Notes under the pieces: model-generated
Seen by the model: the letters and a program-made list of their open reading frames with translations, nothing else
The model's database searches: none
Told to the model about the DNA's origin: nothing
Translations under genes and position numbers: made by a program
Assembly (NCBI GenBank): GCA_964473365.1
Contig: CAYYOV010000014.1
Span: forward strand, 137-64,136
Source of the DNA: an uncultured Ignavibacteriaceae bacterium
GTDB taxonomy: Bacteria > Bacteroidota > Ignavibacteria > UBA10030
Reading direction: 5' to 3'
Length of the DNA stretch: 64,000 nucleotides
In this document: positions 17,855-28,294 of the stretch, in pieces
Numbering within the stretch: position 1 is the first letter of the stretch
How the letters are laid out: each line of letters starts with the position of its first letter

Positions 17855-19477
17855 CTACCTGGTCAGGACCTCCTCAAGTGGCCTTCCGCTGACAGTCTTG
17901 GGGGTTTTCAGGTTCAGCATTTTGGCGATCGTGACGGCAACGTCCACCGTTCGTACTGGCCTCGTGATGCGATTGACGCCGAATGCCGGACCCCAAAAGA
18001 GGACGGGGACATGATTGTCGTAGTTGTAGCATGACCCATGGCTCGTGCCCGTCTCACGCGACGATGGGAGCAGATACTCCTTGAACCTCAGTTGGAAATC
18101 CTCTCCGCGCGGCGCGTAGTAGCTGTTCCGAAAGCGGTCGAGATACGGCCGATGCGGTCCGCCCGTGTCGACGAGCTCGGACTTGAAATAGACGTCGGCG
18201 ATGCCGTCGATGGTCCGCAGACCTTCGCCGATCCTGACATCGAGCGCCCGCGGCTTCACGCCCGCCTTGGTTGCTTCATCATAATTGACGAAACCGTTCG
18301 TCGAGAAGAGTTGACCCGTTACCCCGATGGAACGGCGAAGCGTCGAATCGAGCGCCACCGCGTTCGGCCGGATCTCCGTCGATACGTTCAACCGTTTCGC
18401 GAACCTGAACTCCACGTCCTGCATATATTCCGGAAGGGGCATGCACGCATGGTCCGCGCTGAGGGCCACGAACAGATGGTTGCGGCCGACCAGCCGTTCG
18501 AGATCTGCCAGGAATTGGCCAAGGGCCGCATCGATGCGCGCCAGATGGTCCTGCATCTCGTGGCTATTTCCGCCGTAGGCATGCCCGACATAGTCCGTCG
18601 ATGAAAGGGAGATCATGAGCAGATCGGTCGTGTTGCGGCTACCGAGTTGTTCACCTTCGACGGCCGCGCGGGCTGCGTCGAGGATGAGCAGGTCACCCCA
18701 CGGCGTGCCTGCCAGTTGTTCGGCGCGCTGTGCCAGGTTGAGGACCTTCGGCATTGTGCGAACGCCGTTCCACAATTGCTCGCCACGCTGGTCGTCCGGA
18801 CCCAGGTATAGACTATCGGCGAGGAGCTTACTCCAGACCGGCGGCACATGCTTGAAGACCCAATTCTGTTCGTTGAACGACTTCATCCATGGAGCGGTCG
18901 TCTTCATGTACGCGGCCGAGGTCACGAGCTTGCCGGTCTTTCGGTCGTACCAATAGACCTGGTCGGGTTCCTTGCCGCCCATCAAGATGGCCGCTCGGTC
19001 CTTGATCGAGAGCGAGATCACCTTTGACGACCTCGAGGAGGCCTTGAGCCAGTCGCCAAGCGCCGGTACGGCAAGGTTGCGCGAGGAGAATCCGCCGCCG
19101 AGCCCGTCCACGGGTTTGGCCGTCGAGTCTTCGACACAGTAGACATCCTTACGCGTCTTCGGGTCGATCCATTCGTTTCCGAGGATCCCGTGGACTCTCG
19201 GGAACGACCCGGTCGACAGCGTCGCGTGCCCGGGACCAGTCTCGCTCGCCGCATAGTCGAGCATCGCGTTCGCAAAGACGGCCCCCTCGGCGTAGAGACG
19301 TTTCAGTCCGCCATTCCATTGATGGCCGTACCAGTCAACATACTCGGCCTTCATCTGGTCGATCGAGATGACGACCACAAGCGATGGCCGGGGTGAGACG
19401 TCTGCTGGTTGCTTCGGTTGGGCTGACAGCGAGAGCGCCAGGGCGGACGCCAGGAGGAACGGCAGGGTTCGGTTCAT
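17855..19477 (-). CDS. Alkaline-phosphatase-superfamily nucleotide pyrophosphatase/phosphodiesterase (NPP-like), secreted
   Basis: Signal peptide [20 protein letters not shown]. Motifs VVISIDQM, TGPGHATLSTGSFPRVHGILGNEW, YVGHAYGG, LSADHA. The start overlaps the upstream stop (ATGA). Confidence 0.85.
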   Translation of the reverse strand: MNRTLPFLLASALALSLSAQPKQPADVSPRPSLVVVISIDQMKAEYVDWYGHQWNGGLKRLYAEGAVFANAMLDYAASETGPGHATLSTGSFPRVHGILGNEWIDPKTRKDVYCVEDSTAKPVDGLGGGFSSRNLAVPALGDWLKASSRSSKVISLSIKDRAAILMGGKEPDQVYWYDRKTGKLVTSAAYMKTTAPWMKSFNEQNWVFKHVPPVWSKLLADSLYLGPDDQRGEQLWNGVRTMPKVLNLAQRAEQLAGTPWGDLLILDAARAAVEGEQLGSRNTTDLLMISLSSTDYVGHAYGGNSHEMQDHLARIDAALGQFLADLERLVGRNHLFVALSADHACMPLPEYMQDVEFRFAKRLNVSTEIRPNAVALDSTLRRSIGVTGQLFSTNGFVNYDEATKAGVKPRALDVRIGEGLRTIDGIADVYFKSELVDTGGPHRPYLDRFRNSYYAPRGEDFQLRFKEYLLPSSRETGTSHGSCYNYDNHVPVLFWGPAFGVNRITRPVRTVDVAVTIAKMLNLKTPKTVSGRPLEEVLTR

Positions 19478-20280
19478 TCGAACGACCTCAGGATGAGCCG
19501 GCGGAGCTCGTGGCGCCGGGCCGGTGTGAGGTCGCGTTCGTACTTGAACGCGGCCGATTCCCAATCACCGTAGAGCGGGTTGGGCAAGACGATGAAACGA
19601 GAGCCAAATTCGCTCCGCCATCGGTCGACGGCGGCGTTGCGTTCTTCGAGCGGCTGACGATCGAACGCTGAAGCGAAATCAGCAAGGTTGTCTCCAACGA
19701 GGAGAACGATCTCGAAGTCCTGTGCGATCCGGCTCCGGCGGGCTTCCTTGCTCGACTCACGCTCCCGCGTGAGGAGGTGTGCGTCGTCGGCGTTCGGGAA
19801 CCCTGCTCGACGCAGGTTCGAAAGCGTGGCGGCGCGTTCGTCGGCGGAACGATTCGTCACGTAGAAGACGGCAACGCCCTTCGCCGATGCCGCAGTGAGA
19901 AATTCGTGCGAGCCCGGGATCGGACGGGCTTGTGCGTGATCCACCCATTCCTTCCACCATGCCGGGAACGCCGTATCGGTCTCCATGACCTTGACCTGAT
20001 GAGGGCTGTTGTCAAGGACGGTCTCGTCGATGTCGACGATGACGGCCCTTGGGCGTTGGCGAACAGAATCGCGGAGGTCGGCATCCAGGCGCATCGCCGC
20101 CAACTGGTATGCCTGATAGCACAACGCCCGATACTCACCGGAGGTCTGGAACCATACGGTGGCGGAGAGGGCATCGAAACGTCCCCGGTCGGGCTGTGGT
20201 TGCGCCGCTGTGCACGCGGCAAGGATCACAGAGCACGATACCGCGAAGACAAATCGGGTGGAGCTGGTCATGGCGGTCAT
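19474..20280 (-). CDS. 5'-nucleotidase / class C acid phosphatase, lipoprotein e(P4) family (HAD IIIB)
   Basis: Lipobox ILAAC. HAD motif [12 protein letters not shown], later [10 protein letters not shown]. The start overlaps the tkt stop. Confidence 0.85.
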   Translation of the reverse strand: MTAMTSSTRFVFAVSCSVILAACTAAQPQPDRGRFDALSATVWFQTSGEYRALCYQAYQLAAMRLDADLRDSVRQRPRAVIVDIDETVLDNSPHQVKVMETDTAFPAWWKEWVDHAQARPIPGSHEFLTAASAKGVAVFYVTNRSADERAATLSNLRRAGFPNADDAHLLTRERESSKEARRSRIAQDFEIVLLVGDNLADFASAFDRQPLEERNAAVDRWRSEFGSRFIVLPNPLYGDWESAAFKYERDLTPARRHELRRLILRSFE

Positions 20281-22241
20281 CCCATCAGAGCGCGTGCGCG
20301 CGCAACGACATTCGCCGGCGTGAAGCCGTACTCCGTGAAGATCCGGTCTGCCGGAGCGGAAGCGCCGAAGTGATCGAATGCAATGATCTCTCCGCCGTCT
20401 CCGACGAACTGATGCCATCCAAGCGGAACGCCTGCCTCCACGGCCACACGTTTGCGTACGCTCGGCGGTAGCACCGCATCGCGGTATTCCTTCGACTGAC
20501 GTTCAAAGAGCTCCCACGAAGGCATGCTGACCACGCGGACCCGCACTTGTTCACGAGCGAGCATTTCGTATGCTGCCACCACATGCTGAACCTCGGAGCC
20601 GGTGGCCATCAGGATCAGCTCTGGGGTCGGGTGCGTTTCGGCCAGCACGTAGGCGCCGCGGACGGTTCCCGAGGCCGGAGCGAATTTCGTCCGGTCCATC
20701 GTGGGGAGCTTCTGACGGGTCAGGATAAGCGCGACGGGACCCGTCCGGTGTTCGACGGCGATGCGCCATGATTCAGCGGTCTCGTTCGCATCGGCCGGGC
20801 GGAGCACGATGAGGTTTGGGATGGATCGCAGCGAGGCCAGCTGTTCGACGGGCTGGTGGGTCGGGCCGTCCTCGCCTACGCCGATGCTATCGTGCGTGAA
20901 CACATAGATGGGCCGAATGCCCATCAAGGCAGCGAGTCGGATGGGGGGACGCATGTACTCGGAGAAGATCAGGAACGTGCCGCCGTACGGGATCAAGCCC
21001 TCGGTCAGGGCCAATCCGTTCATGATCGAGCCCATTGCATGCTCCCGAACGCCGAACCGAATGTATCGTCCGTCGGGCGTGGCCGGCTGCAGGTCGGCCG
21101 CTCCCTTCAGGGCCGTGTTGTTCGATGGCGTGAGGTCGGCAGATCCTCCAAGTAGCGTTGGGAGATGCGGCGCGATGGCGTTGAGGACCTTGCCCGAAGC
21201 TTCGCGTGTCGCCATCGATTCCGTAAAGGTCGGGACGGCAGTCTTCCATGCTTCGCCATAGTCGCCGTGTCGGACCTTCTCGAATTCGGCGGCAAGCTCC
21301 GGATATTCTGCCCGGTAGGCATCGAAGGCCTTCGACCACGCGGTCTCGAATTCCGCGCCCCGTTCTTCGGCCTTTCGGAACTGGGCAAGGACCTCGGCGG
21401 GGACATCAAACGTTGCATCTGGGTCGACGGCGTATGCCTTCTTCGTCAGTTTGACCTCTTCGTCCCCCAGCGGCGAACCGTGGGCGTCGTGGCTGTCGAC
21501 CTTGTTGGGACTTCCGAACCCGATGTGGGTGCGGATCATGATGAGCGACGGACGATCGGTCTGGGCCTTGGCCTCGACGATGGCCCGATGGATGGCCTCG
21601 AGGTCATTACCGTCTTCGACCGTACGCACTTGCCAGCCGTAGGCCGTAAATCGCCGGCCGACGTCTTCGGTGAAGGACAGATTTGTCGAGCCGTCGATGC
21701 TGATCTTATTGTCATCGTACAGATAAATGAGCTTTCCGAGCTTCTGATGGCCGGCGAACGAAGCCGCCTCGGATGAGACGCCTTCCATCAGGTCGCCGTC
21801 TCCGACGATCGCATAGATATGGTGGTCGATGATGGTGTGTCCGGGGCGATTGTAGCGCGCGGCCATCCACCGTTCGGCCAACGCCATCCCAACGCCGTTC
21901 GCGAAACCTTGTCCAAGCGGCCCCGTCGTCGTTTCGACCCCCGGAGTGTGTCCGTACTCCGGATGACCGGGTGTCCGGCTTCCCCATTGGCGGAAGTCCT
22001 TCAACTCGTCCAGCTCGAGCCCGTACCCCGTAAGATAGAGGAGGGCGTAGAGCAGCATGGACCCGTGGCCGGCCGACAGGACGAATCGGTCGCGGTTAGC
22101 CCACCGGGGGTTCCCTGGCTGGTGCCGCAAATGCCGGTTCCACAGGACGAAGGCCATGGCAGCGGCCCCCATGGGCATTCCGGGATGTCCGGACTTGGCC
22201 TTCTGTACGCCGTCAATGGCGAGCGTGCGGATCGTGTTCAC
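20277..22241 (-). CDS. tkt: Transketolase
   Basis: SGHPGMPMG, the TPP motif GDGDLMEG, and full-length pattern. GTG is the first available start. Confidence 0.95.
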   Translation of the reverse strand: MNTIRTLAIDGVQKAKSGHPGMPMGAAAMAFVLWNRHLRHQPGNPRWANRDRFVLSAGHGSMLLYALLYLTGYGLELDELKDFRQWGSRTPGHPEYGHTPGVETTTGPLGQGFANGVGMALAERWMAARYNRPGHTIIDHHIYAIVGDGDLMEGVSSEAASFAGHQKLGKLIYLYDDNKISIDGSTNLSFTEDVGRRFTAYGWQVRTVEDGNDLEAIHRAIVEAKAQTDRPSLIMIRTHIGFGSPNKVDSHDAHGSPLGDEEVKLTKKAYAVDPDATFDVPAEVLAQFRKAEERGAEFETAWSKAFDAYRAEYPELAAEFEKVRHGDYGEAWKTAVPTFTESMATREASGKVLNAIAPHLPTLLGGSADLTPSNNTALKGAADLQPATPDGRYIRFGVREHAMGSIMNGLALTEGLIPYGGTFLIFSEYMRPPIRLAALMGIRPIYVFTHDSIGVGEDGPTHQPVEQLASLRSIPNLIVLRPADANETAESWRIAVEHRTGPVALILTRQKLPTMDRTKFAPASGTVRGAYVLAETHPTPELILMATGSEVQHVVAAYEMLAREQVRVRVVSMPSWELFERQSKEYRDAVLPPSVRKRVAVEAGVPLGWHQFVGDGGEIIAFDHFGASAPADRIFTEYGFTPANVVARARALMG

Positions 22242-22487
22242 GCAGCGGAGTTCGAGGGAGGGAGTCAGGGTCGTATCCTTTCAGAGACTCCGAGAAGATA
22301 GTGAACAAATGAAGCGGGAAAAAGAGGGGAAGGAAGGCGGGGCGAGATGTGTGCAAGCACACTCGATGCATCCGTCCATGATGCTGAATGCTGCCGGAAA
22401 CACATTATGGATGCCAGTGCAAACGCCAAGCGCCAGGATCACTCCCGGCGCTCGACGTCAATTGCAGCTCGTGCAAACGTTCAGTTC

Positions 22488-22931
22488 CTAGCGCGGGGCC
22501 TTCTCCGCGGGTTCGATGCGGTACGAATGGGTCAGCTTTGCGCTCGCGCTCACGATGGCGCTGACGGAGCAGTACTTTGTCGAAGAAAGCTCGATCGCCC
22601 GTTCGATATCTTCCTTCTTGAGGTTGTCGCCATAGAACACGTACTCGACGTGGACCTCCGTGAAGATGCGGGGATGTTCCTCGCGCTCATGGCCGACGAT
22701 GTTCACCTCGTAGCCTGCCAACGGGACCCGCTTCTTCTTCAGGATCGGGATCACGTCGCTCGACGTGCATCCGGCCAGGCCGATAAGCACAAGTTCCTTG
22801 GGTGTCGATCCGGCCAGACTGCCGCCGAAATCCGGACTCCCGTCCATCGCCACCCAGTGATTCGAAGCGCCTTTTCCGACGAACGTAATGCCCTGAACGT
22901 GCTTCAGCGTGATCTCTTTTTTGCCTGCCAT
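22488..22931 (-). CDS. OsmC-family peroxiredoxin-like protein
   Basis: OsmC-like pattern GSTPKELVLIGLAGCTSSDV ... STKYCSVSA (two conserved Cys). ATG 22931 is preferred. Confidence 0.85.
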   Translation of the reverse strand: MAGKKEITLKHVQGITFVGKGASNHWVAMDGSPDFGGSLAGSTPKELVLIGLAGCTSSDVIPILKKKRVPLAGYEVNIVGHEREEHPRIFTEVHVEYVFYGDNLKKEDIERAIELSSTKYCSVSAIVSASAKLTHSYRIEPAEKAPR

Positions 22932-23035
22932 AGTGACTTCCTTCCGATGGGAACGGTGTGTAAAGGTCAGCAAAGATCGCCCGAACTTCCAGCGTCGGGC
23001 GACCGCAGCTCCTTTGCTGCTACCTTTCGTTCAGC

Positions 23036-23251
23036 TCAGGCTTTGCTTTCCGAACCCTTGTTCGTCGACAGCTTCAGCGCGAAGTAGATCGGGCAGAAGC
23101 TCATAAGGCTCGTCGCAGCAAGAATGAGGGCGGCGGCACCAAGCACCAACGCGGCGGTCCCCGTGATCTGATCGGTGAAATAGAGGATCGCTACGACGAC
23201 GGCGAACAGGGCACGGGCGATGCGATCGGCGGAACCGAGGTTCTTTTTCAC
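23036..23251 (-). CDS. DUF2892 (YgaP-like) small membrane protein
   Basis: The pattern KKNLGSADRIARALFAVVVA...SFCPIYFAL is typical of DUF2892. GTG 23251 has a GGAG 8 nt upstream. The tracked start 23293 is a TTG. Confidence 0.7.
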   Translation of the reverse strand: MKKNLGSADRIARALFAVVVAILYFTDQITGTAALVLGAAALILAATSLMSFCPIYFALKLSTNKGSESKA

Positions 23252-23404
23252 GGCATTTCTCCGTAAGTGATGTTGCGAAACGTGGTCGGTCAACTGATTA
23301 TTGGATGCCCGGGCTCCCCAAAGGATTCAGGCGGATGGCCGCGTTTCGTCTTCCTTTTCACTCTTCTGTTTGCGTTCTTACGCCATCACACACGTCTCCA
23401 CGCC

Positions 23405-26347
23405 ATGCGACCCCGAACCCTGGTGTTTCCGGTCATCCTGTTTTGCCACCTTTCCCTGGCACAATCTGACAAGCCTGTGGATCTGGTGGACCCGTTCATC
23501 GGCACCGGCGGTCATGGACACACCTTCCCCGGCGCGACGGTTCCGTTCGGCATGGTCCAGTTGAGCCCCGATACGCGCGTGGAAGGCTGGGATGCCTGCG
23601 GCGGATATCACAGCTCCGATTCCTCCATCCTGGGGTTCAGTCACACGCATCTGAGCGGAACAGGCGTCGGCGACTACGGCGACGTGCTGTTTGCCCCCAC
23701 GATCGGCGCGGTCCAGTGGGAACCAGGATCGTCGACGGCCCCGGGGTACCGGTCGTCATTCCGTCACTCGACCGAGGTCGCAACTCCTGGCTACTATCGC
23801 GTCAACCTCGACGGCCGTCAGATCCTGGCAGAGTTGACGGCAGGTCGACGCATCGGCGTCCACCGCTACACGTTCCCCGACCGGGACACGGCCAACATTC
23901 TCATCGATCTCGTCCATGGGATCGGACCCGACGTCGTGCTCGACGCAACGCTCCGGGTCACCTCCGATCGTGAGGTGGTCGGAATGCGCCGCTCGCGCGG
24001 GTGGGCCAACGACCAGGTCATCTACTTCGTTGCACAATTCTCGCGTCCGTTCGATCGTGCGGTGGTGATGGCTCCGGAGGAGGGCGGAACGCTTCCAACG
24101 GCGTCGGGTACGGTCGTGAAAGGAGCGGTCCGGTTCCTGCCTGCCAGGGGACGGATCGTCACCGTGCGCGTCGGCATCTCTGCGGTCGACATCGATGGGG
24201 CGCGCCGCAATCTGGAGTCAGAACCCGGCTCCTTCGACGCGGTCCGACGTTCTGCCCGCCTGGCATGGGAGAACGCGTTGGGTCGGGTGACCATCGAAGG
24301 CGGAACGCGGGCGCAGCGACGTGTCTTCTATACGGCGCTGTATCACACGATGGTCGCTCCGAATGTCTTCTCAGACGTCGACGGACGATATCGGGGAATG
24401 GACGGCGTGATCCGGACAGCTGACGGGTTCGACCGCTATACGGTCTTCTCGCTCTGGGACACCTTCCGAGCGACGCATCCGCTCTTCACGATCCTCGAGC
24501 CGGCTCGGACGAATGACTTCATCCGTTCGTTCTTGTCCATCTACGAGGAGGGAGGAACACTGCCCGTGTGGGAACTGGCGGCCAACGAGACGTGGTGCAT
24601 GATCGGCTATCATGCCGTTCCGGTCATCGCCGACGCCGCTGCCAAAGGGATCCGCGGATACGACGCCGCCCTGGCCTTACGCGCAATGGAGGCGAGCGCC
24701 AACAAAGACCACTTCGGGCTCTCATTCTGCCGCCGCAGCGGATATGTGCCGGCGGAGAAGGAGTCGGAGTCGGTGTCGAAAACGCTGGAGTATGCCTACG
24801 ACGATTGGTGCATCGCTGAGTTCGCTCGAACGGTCGGGCGGCCGGAGGTCGCAGATGAGTACCTTCGTCGTTCGCAAAACTATCGGAACGTGTTCGATGC
24901 TTCCGTCGGGTTCATGCGTCCAAAGCACAACGGCGGCTGGTCTGAGCCGTTCCGCCCACTGGCCGTCACGAACGATTACACCGAGGCGAACGCGTGGCAG
25001 TATGCGTTCTTTGCTCCCCACGACATTGGGGGATTGGCGGACCTCTACGGCAGCCGAGAACGGCTTGCCGCGAAATTGGATGAGATGTTCTCGACATCGC
25101 CCGTGATCGAAGGACGTCAGCAGGCCGATATTACGGGCCTCATCGGTCAGTATGCGCATGGCAACGAGCCCAGCCATCACATCGCGTATCTGTATGCCTA
25201 CGCCGGCCAGCCGTGGAAGACACAACAGCGCGTGCGACAGATCCTCGACGAGTTCTACTCCGATCAACGAGACGGGCTCATCGGAAACGAAGATTGCGGT
25301 CAGATGTCGGCGTGGTACGTCATGAGCGCGTTGGGTTTCTATCCCGTCAATCCAGGACAGCCTATGTACGTTCTCGGCTCGCCCCTCTTCCCGAGAGCGA
25401 CGGTCCATCTTCCGAACGGCAGGTCATGGACGGTCCGATCAGAGGAGGGCGGCGCGGGTCGGCCCTATGTCGCGTCAGTGGCGCTAAATGCGAAGCCGAT
25501 CACCCGCTCCTGGATCTCGCACGAAGAGATCGTGAACGGGGGAGAGTTGCGATTCAGGATGGGCCGTGAGCCGGACGTGACGCGCGGTGTCTCCTCCGCG
25601 GATCTTCCGCCCGTTCCGAAGCACCTCGAGATCACGCTCACGCCGACCGTGACGCCAGCCCGTTCTTCCTTCTCCGAACCGGTTTCGCTGACGCTCATGA
25701 CTGCAACCCCGGGTGCGACGATCTTCTACACGATCGACGGCAGTGAGCCAACGGCATCCGCAAAGCGGTACAGCGGTCCGTTCACATTGGATGCATCGGC
25801 GGTTGTCAAAGCCCGTGCGTTTCTGGATGACCGTGCACCGAGTGGTATGATGGAAGCCTCGTTCACGCGCGTCGTACGGATCGGGGCGATCGCGCGTGCC
25901 GGGAGATACAGTCCACAGTATTCCGCTGGCGGCCGTGACGCGCTCATTGACGGCGTGCGAGGGGTGGAAGACTTTCGGGTCGGGGGATGGCAGGGATATG
26001 AGGGGAACGACATGGAGACGGTCGTGGACCTGGGAACGATCAAGCCGGTGAAACGCATTGCGGGGACGTTCCTCCAGGACCAGAACGCGTGGATCTTTTT
26101 CCCAACGTCCGTGCGATTCGAAATCTCGACGAACGGCGCCGACTATCAGACGGTGTATGAGGCAGGGACGGGGACCGATCCGCAGAAAGAAGGGGCGATG
26201 CGGGCAACGGTGGCGTCAACGATGGATGGGATCACGGCGCGATTCGTTCGGGTCACGGCCACGAACATCGGTTTGTGTCCGCCGTGGCACAAGGGGAGCG
26301 GAAACAAGGCGTGGTTGTTTGTGGATGAGATCGAGGTGGAGAACTGA
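23405..26347 (+). CDS. GH92 alpha-mannosidase with C-terminal Ig-like and F5/8 type C (discoidin) modules
   Basis: Signal peptide MRPRTLVFPVILFCHLSLAQ. GH92 N-terminal signature VDPFIGTGGHGHTFPGATVPFGMVQLSPDT. Later GNEPSHHIAYLY. The tail ends AWLFVDEIEVEN. Confidence 0.9.
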   Translation: MRPRTLVFPVILFCHLSLAQSDKPVDLVDPFIGTGGHGHTFPGATVPFGMVQLSPDTRVEGWDACGGYHSSDSSILGFSHTHLSGTGVGDYGDVLFAPTIGAVQWEPGSSTAPGYRSSFRHSTEVATPGYYRVNLDGRQILAELTAGRRIGVHRYTFPDRDTANILIDLVHGIGPDVVLDATLRVTSDREVVGMRRSRGWANDQVIYFVAQFSRPFDRAVVMAPEEGGTLPTASGTVVKGAVRFLPARGRIVTVRVGISAVDIDGARRNLESEPGSFDAVRRSARLAWENALGRVTIEGGTRAQRRVFYTALYHTMVAPNVFSDVDGRYRGMDGVIRTADGFDRYTVFSLWDTFRATHPLFTILEPARTNDFIRSFLSIYEEGGTLPVWELAANETWCMIGYHAVPVIADAAAKGIRGYDAALALRAMEASANKDHFGLSFCRRSGYVPAEKESESVSKTLEYAYDDWCIAEFARTVGRPEVADEYLRRSQNYRNVFDASVGFMRPKHNGGWSEPFRPLAVTNDYTEANAWQYAFFAPHDIGGLADLYGSRERLAAKLDEMFSTSPVIEGRQQADITGLIGQYAHGNEPSHHIAYLYAYAGQPWKTQQRVRQILDEFYSDQRDGLIGNEDCGQMSAWYVMSALGFYPVNPGQPMYVLGSPLFPRATVHLPNGRSWTVRSEEGGAGRPYVASVALNAKPITRSWISHEEIVNGGELRFRMGREPDVTRGVSSADLPPVPKHLEITLTPTVTPARSSFSEPVSLTLMTATPGATIFYTIDGSEPTASAKRYSGPFTLDASAVVKARAFLDDRAPSGMMEASFTRVVRIGAIARAGRYSPQYSAGGRDALIDGVRGVEDFRVGGWQGYEGNDMETVVDLGTIKPVKRIAGTFLQDQNAWIFFPTSVRFEISTNGADYQTVYEAGTGTDPQKEGAMRATVASTMDGITARFVRVTATNIGLCPPWHKGSGNKAWLFVDEIEVEN

Positions 26348-26351
26348 AGGG

Positions 26352-26438
26352 AATTTCGGATTGCGGATTGGAAATTTCGAAATGGCGAAGAAATGCTTCC
26401 AGGCGATAATCCGAAATTGGCGATCCGCAATTCGCAAT
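26352..26438. repeat. Long imperfect hairpin built from heptanucleotide units, between convergent genes (likely bidirectional terminator)
   Basis: Left arm AATTTCG GATTGCG GATTGGA AATTTCG (26352-26379). Right arm CCGAAAT TGGCGAT CCGCAAT TCGCAAT (26411-26438). About 22 of 27 positions are complementary by hand alignment. Confidence 0.6.
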
Positions 26439-26446
26439 GCATCGGG

Positions 26447-26848
26447 TCATCCTCTGTACCTCGGTCTCCGGATCTCCGGCTTCGGACCGCGCCATGCTTG
26501 AAGTCGTTCCACGACGAACGCCACGAGTCGCTGATCGAGGGTCGCGCTGGCATTTCGGAAGTCGGCAATGACGCGAGGAGCATCGAAGGTCCCGTCCGGA
26601 ATGAGGATCGGCGTCGACTTGTACTGTCCCGGGTTCCCTTCTCCGTCGTCGACGCGGTCATGTCGCGAGGCGCCTGGCGCCTTCCACGTGAAGGCTCGCT
26701 GGTCGTTCGACAGGTCGTAGCACAGCTGGAATCCGATGATGGTATCGTCGTCGCCGTACCACACGATAAGATCGAACAGGTCGTCGGTGAACCATCGGCG
26801 CTTCGGTTCACCCTGAATGTGCTTGACGTACGTGATCTCGCTGAGCAT
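26447..26848 (-). CDS. Hypothetical protein
   Basis: 133-aa ORF from ATG 26848 with normal composition. No motif recognised. Confidence 0.55.
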   Translation of the reverse strand: MLSEITYVKHIQGEPKRRWFTDDLFDLIVWYGDDDTIIGFQLCYDLSNDQRAFTWKAPGASRHDRVDDGEGNPGQYKSTPILIPDGTFDAPRVIADFRNASATLDQRLVAFVVERLQAWRGPKPEIRRPRYRG

Positions 26849-26955
26849 CTGCGTATGCCCTGGTCTCAAGATCTCAGGTCGCGGGACAGCCGTCCATGCC
26901 GCACGTCACATTCGTGCATAGATTCCAAGCGACGACCACGAGCCGCCACGTGCCC

Positions 26956-28065
26956 TCACTGATATTCGATTGACGTCAGCTCTAGCCGGAACCAGGTATT
27001 GTCCCCCTCCTTCAATCGCCATGTCACGCTGGAACGCACGGGGATACGGAAACCGCCGAGGTTCTTCGACTCTTCCATCGTGATCACCCATCGTTCGAGT
27101 GTGGCCCCTTCAGGCCGGTCCATGTAGCGGTCTGCTTCGAAACCTGTCAGATCGCCGGAGGCGTCGAACCGGAAAACTCCCGTGACGCTGTTGCCGCCGT
27201 CCGTCAGTGTGGCGCGCGCTGATGCGCTGTCCACGGCCTCCCACCTGATGGAAGGGCTCAGTGCCGCAGTGGGGAACCAGCAGATCTCGGCCAGAAAACG
27301 GAGCAGCGTTCCTTGGTCCATCTGCGCGCCGCTTGCGTCCACCATCGTCAGAAGCCCAAACGCGCTGATCTTCATCCGGCCGTGGCCGTCGGAATACGTG
27401 TCTTCTCCGAGCACGGTGACGACCGGCATCATCTGCATCGACGTCCGCCAGACGAAGCCGGGTGGTTCGACCCGAAAGACCTGCTCTGCCACGGCCGGCA
27501 CCCAATCGGCGTCCGGTCGCTGGCGCATCTCGCCCCGTTGCGTGAGGCGGACGGACGTGACAGGCCTCGACCCGACGACGCCGGAAGCGTTGAGCCAGCG
27601 TTGGACCGGGGGAGGAAGTAGCGCGATAGACTCCGCGGTGATGACCGCCGTGGGCTGAGGTCTGGCCGACCGGACCAGAGCCTCCATGTCGTTCCGCGCA
27701 GCACGGTCGAATCGGACCTCGGCCGCCGAGGGGAGCGCCGCCAGGAGGATAATGAGGTTGGCGATCGTGCCGTATTTCGCGTCGGGCCATGCGACGATCA
27801 CGAGGAGTTGGGAGACAAGCACGCCAATGCCGGCGAGGAGCGGCCACCACTCCTGACGGAGCATCATTCCCACGCCACCGGCGAGGAGCAGGAGCGTGGC
27901 GAGCAGCCAGGCGATGCCGTACACCGGGTAGGCCCGCGACGGCACACTGATCATCGTGCGGCCCGTCAACTGCGAAACCGGCGCCAGCCCGAAGTACTTG
28001 ACGAACCCAAGCAGATGGATCAACGCATGAAAGGTCAGAAGCAGGAGCAGGAGAGAGCGCAGCAT
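26956..28065 (-). CDS. Hypothetical membrane-anchored protein (3 N-terminal TM helices + soluble domain)
   Basis: N-terminus MLRSLLLLLLTFHALIHLLGFVKYFGL, then two more helices and a roughly 250-aa soluble part. The family is not confidently recognised. Confidence 0.7.
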   Translation of the reverse strand: MLRSLLLLLLTFHALIHLLGFVKYFGLAPVSQLTGRTMISVPSRAYPVYGIAWLLATLLLLAGGVGMMLRQEWWPLLAGIGVLVSQLLVIVAWPDAKYGTIANLIILLAALPSAAEVRFDRAARNDMEALVRSARPQPTAVITAESIALLPPPVQRWLNASGVVGSRPVTSVRLTQRGEMRQRPDADWVPAVAEQVFRVEPPGFVWRTSMQMMPVVTVLGEDTYSDGHGRMKISAFGLLTMVDASGAQMDQGTLLRFLAEICWFPTAALSPSIRWEAVDSASARATLTDGGNSVTGVFRFDASGDLTGFEADRYMDRPEGATLERWVITMEESKNLGGFRIPVRSSVTWRLKEGDNTWFRLELTSIEYQ

Positions 28066-28294
28066 GGTAGCTATGGAGGATGCGTGAGCGTGTTTTCGAT
28101 GATGGTCGGAGCGCGATTCGTCACAGTGAACGTGCGGTGTGCTGGAAGCGGAGTGTCGGCGTACGAGGGAAAGGTCGGAATCACATGGAACACTGAAGCG
28201 GCATGCGTTGTCGCGGGAATCGGTCTTCGATGGGGCTCATGTGAGGCGCAGGTATGATCTGAAGAGAGCGCGCCGGCGCATTTTCGAGAACGTG

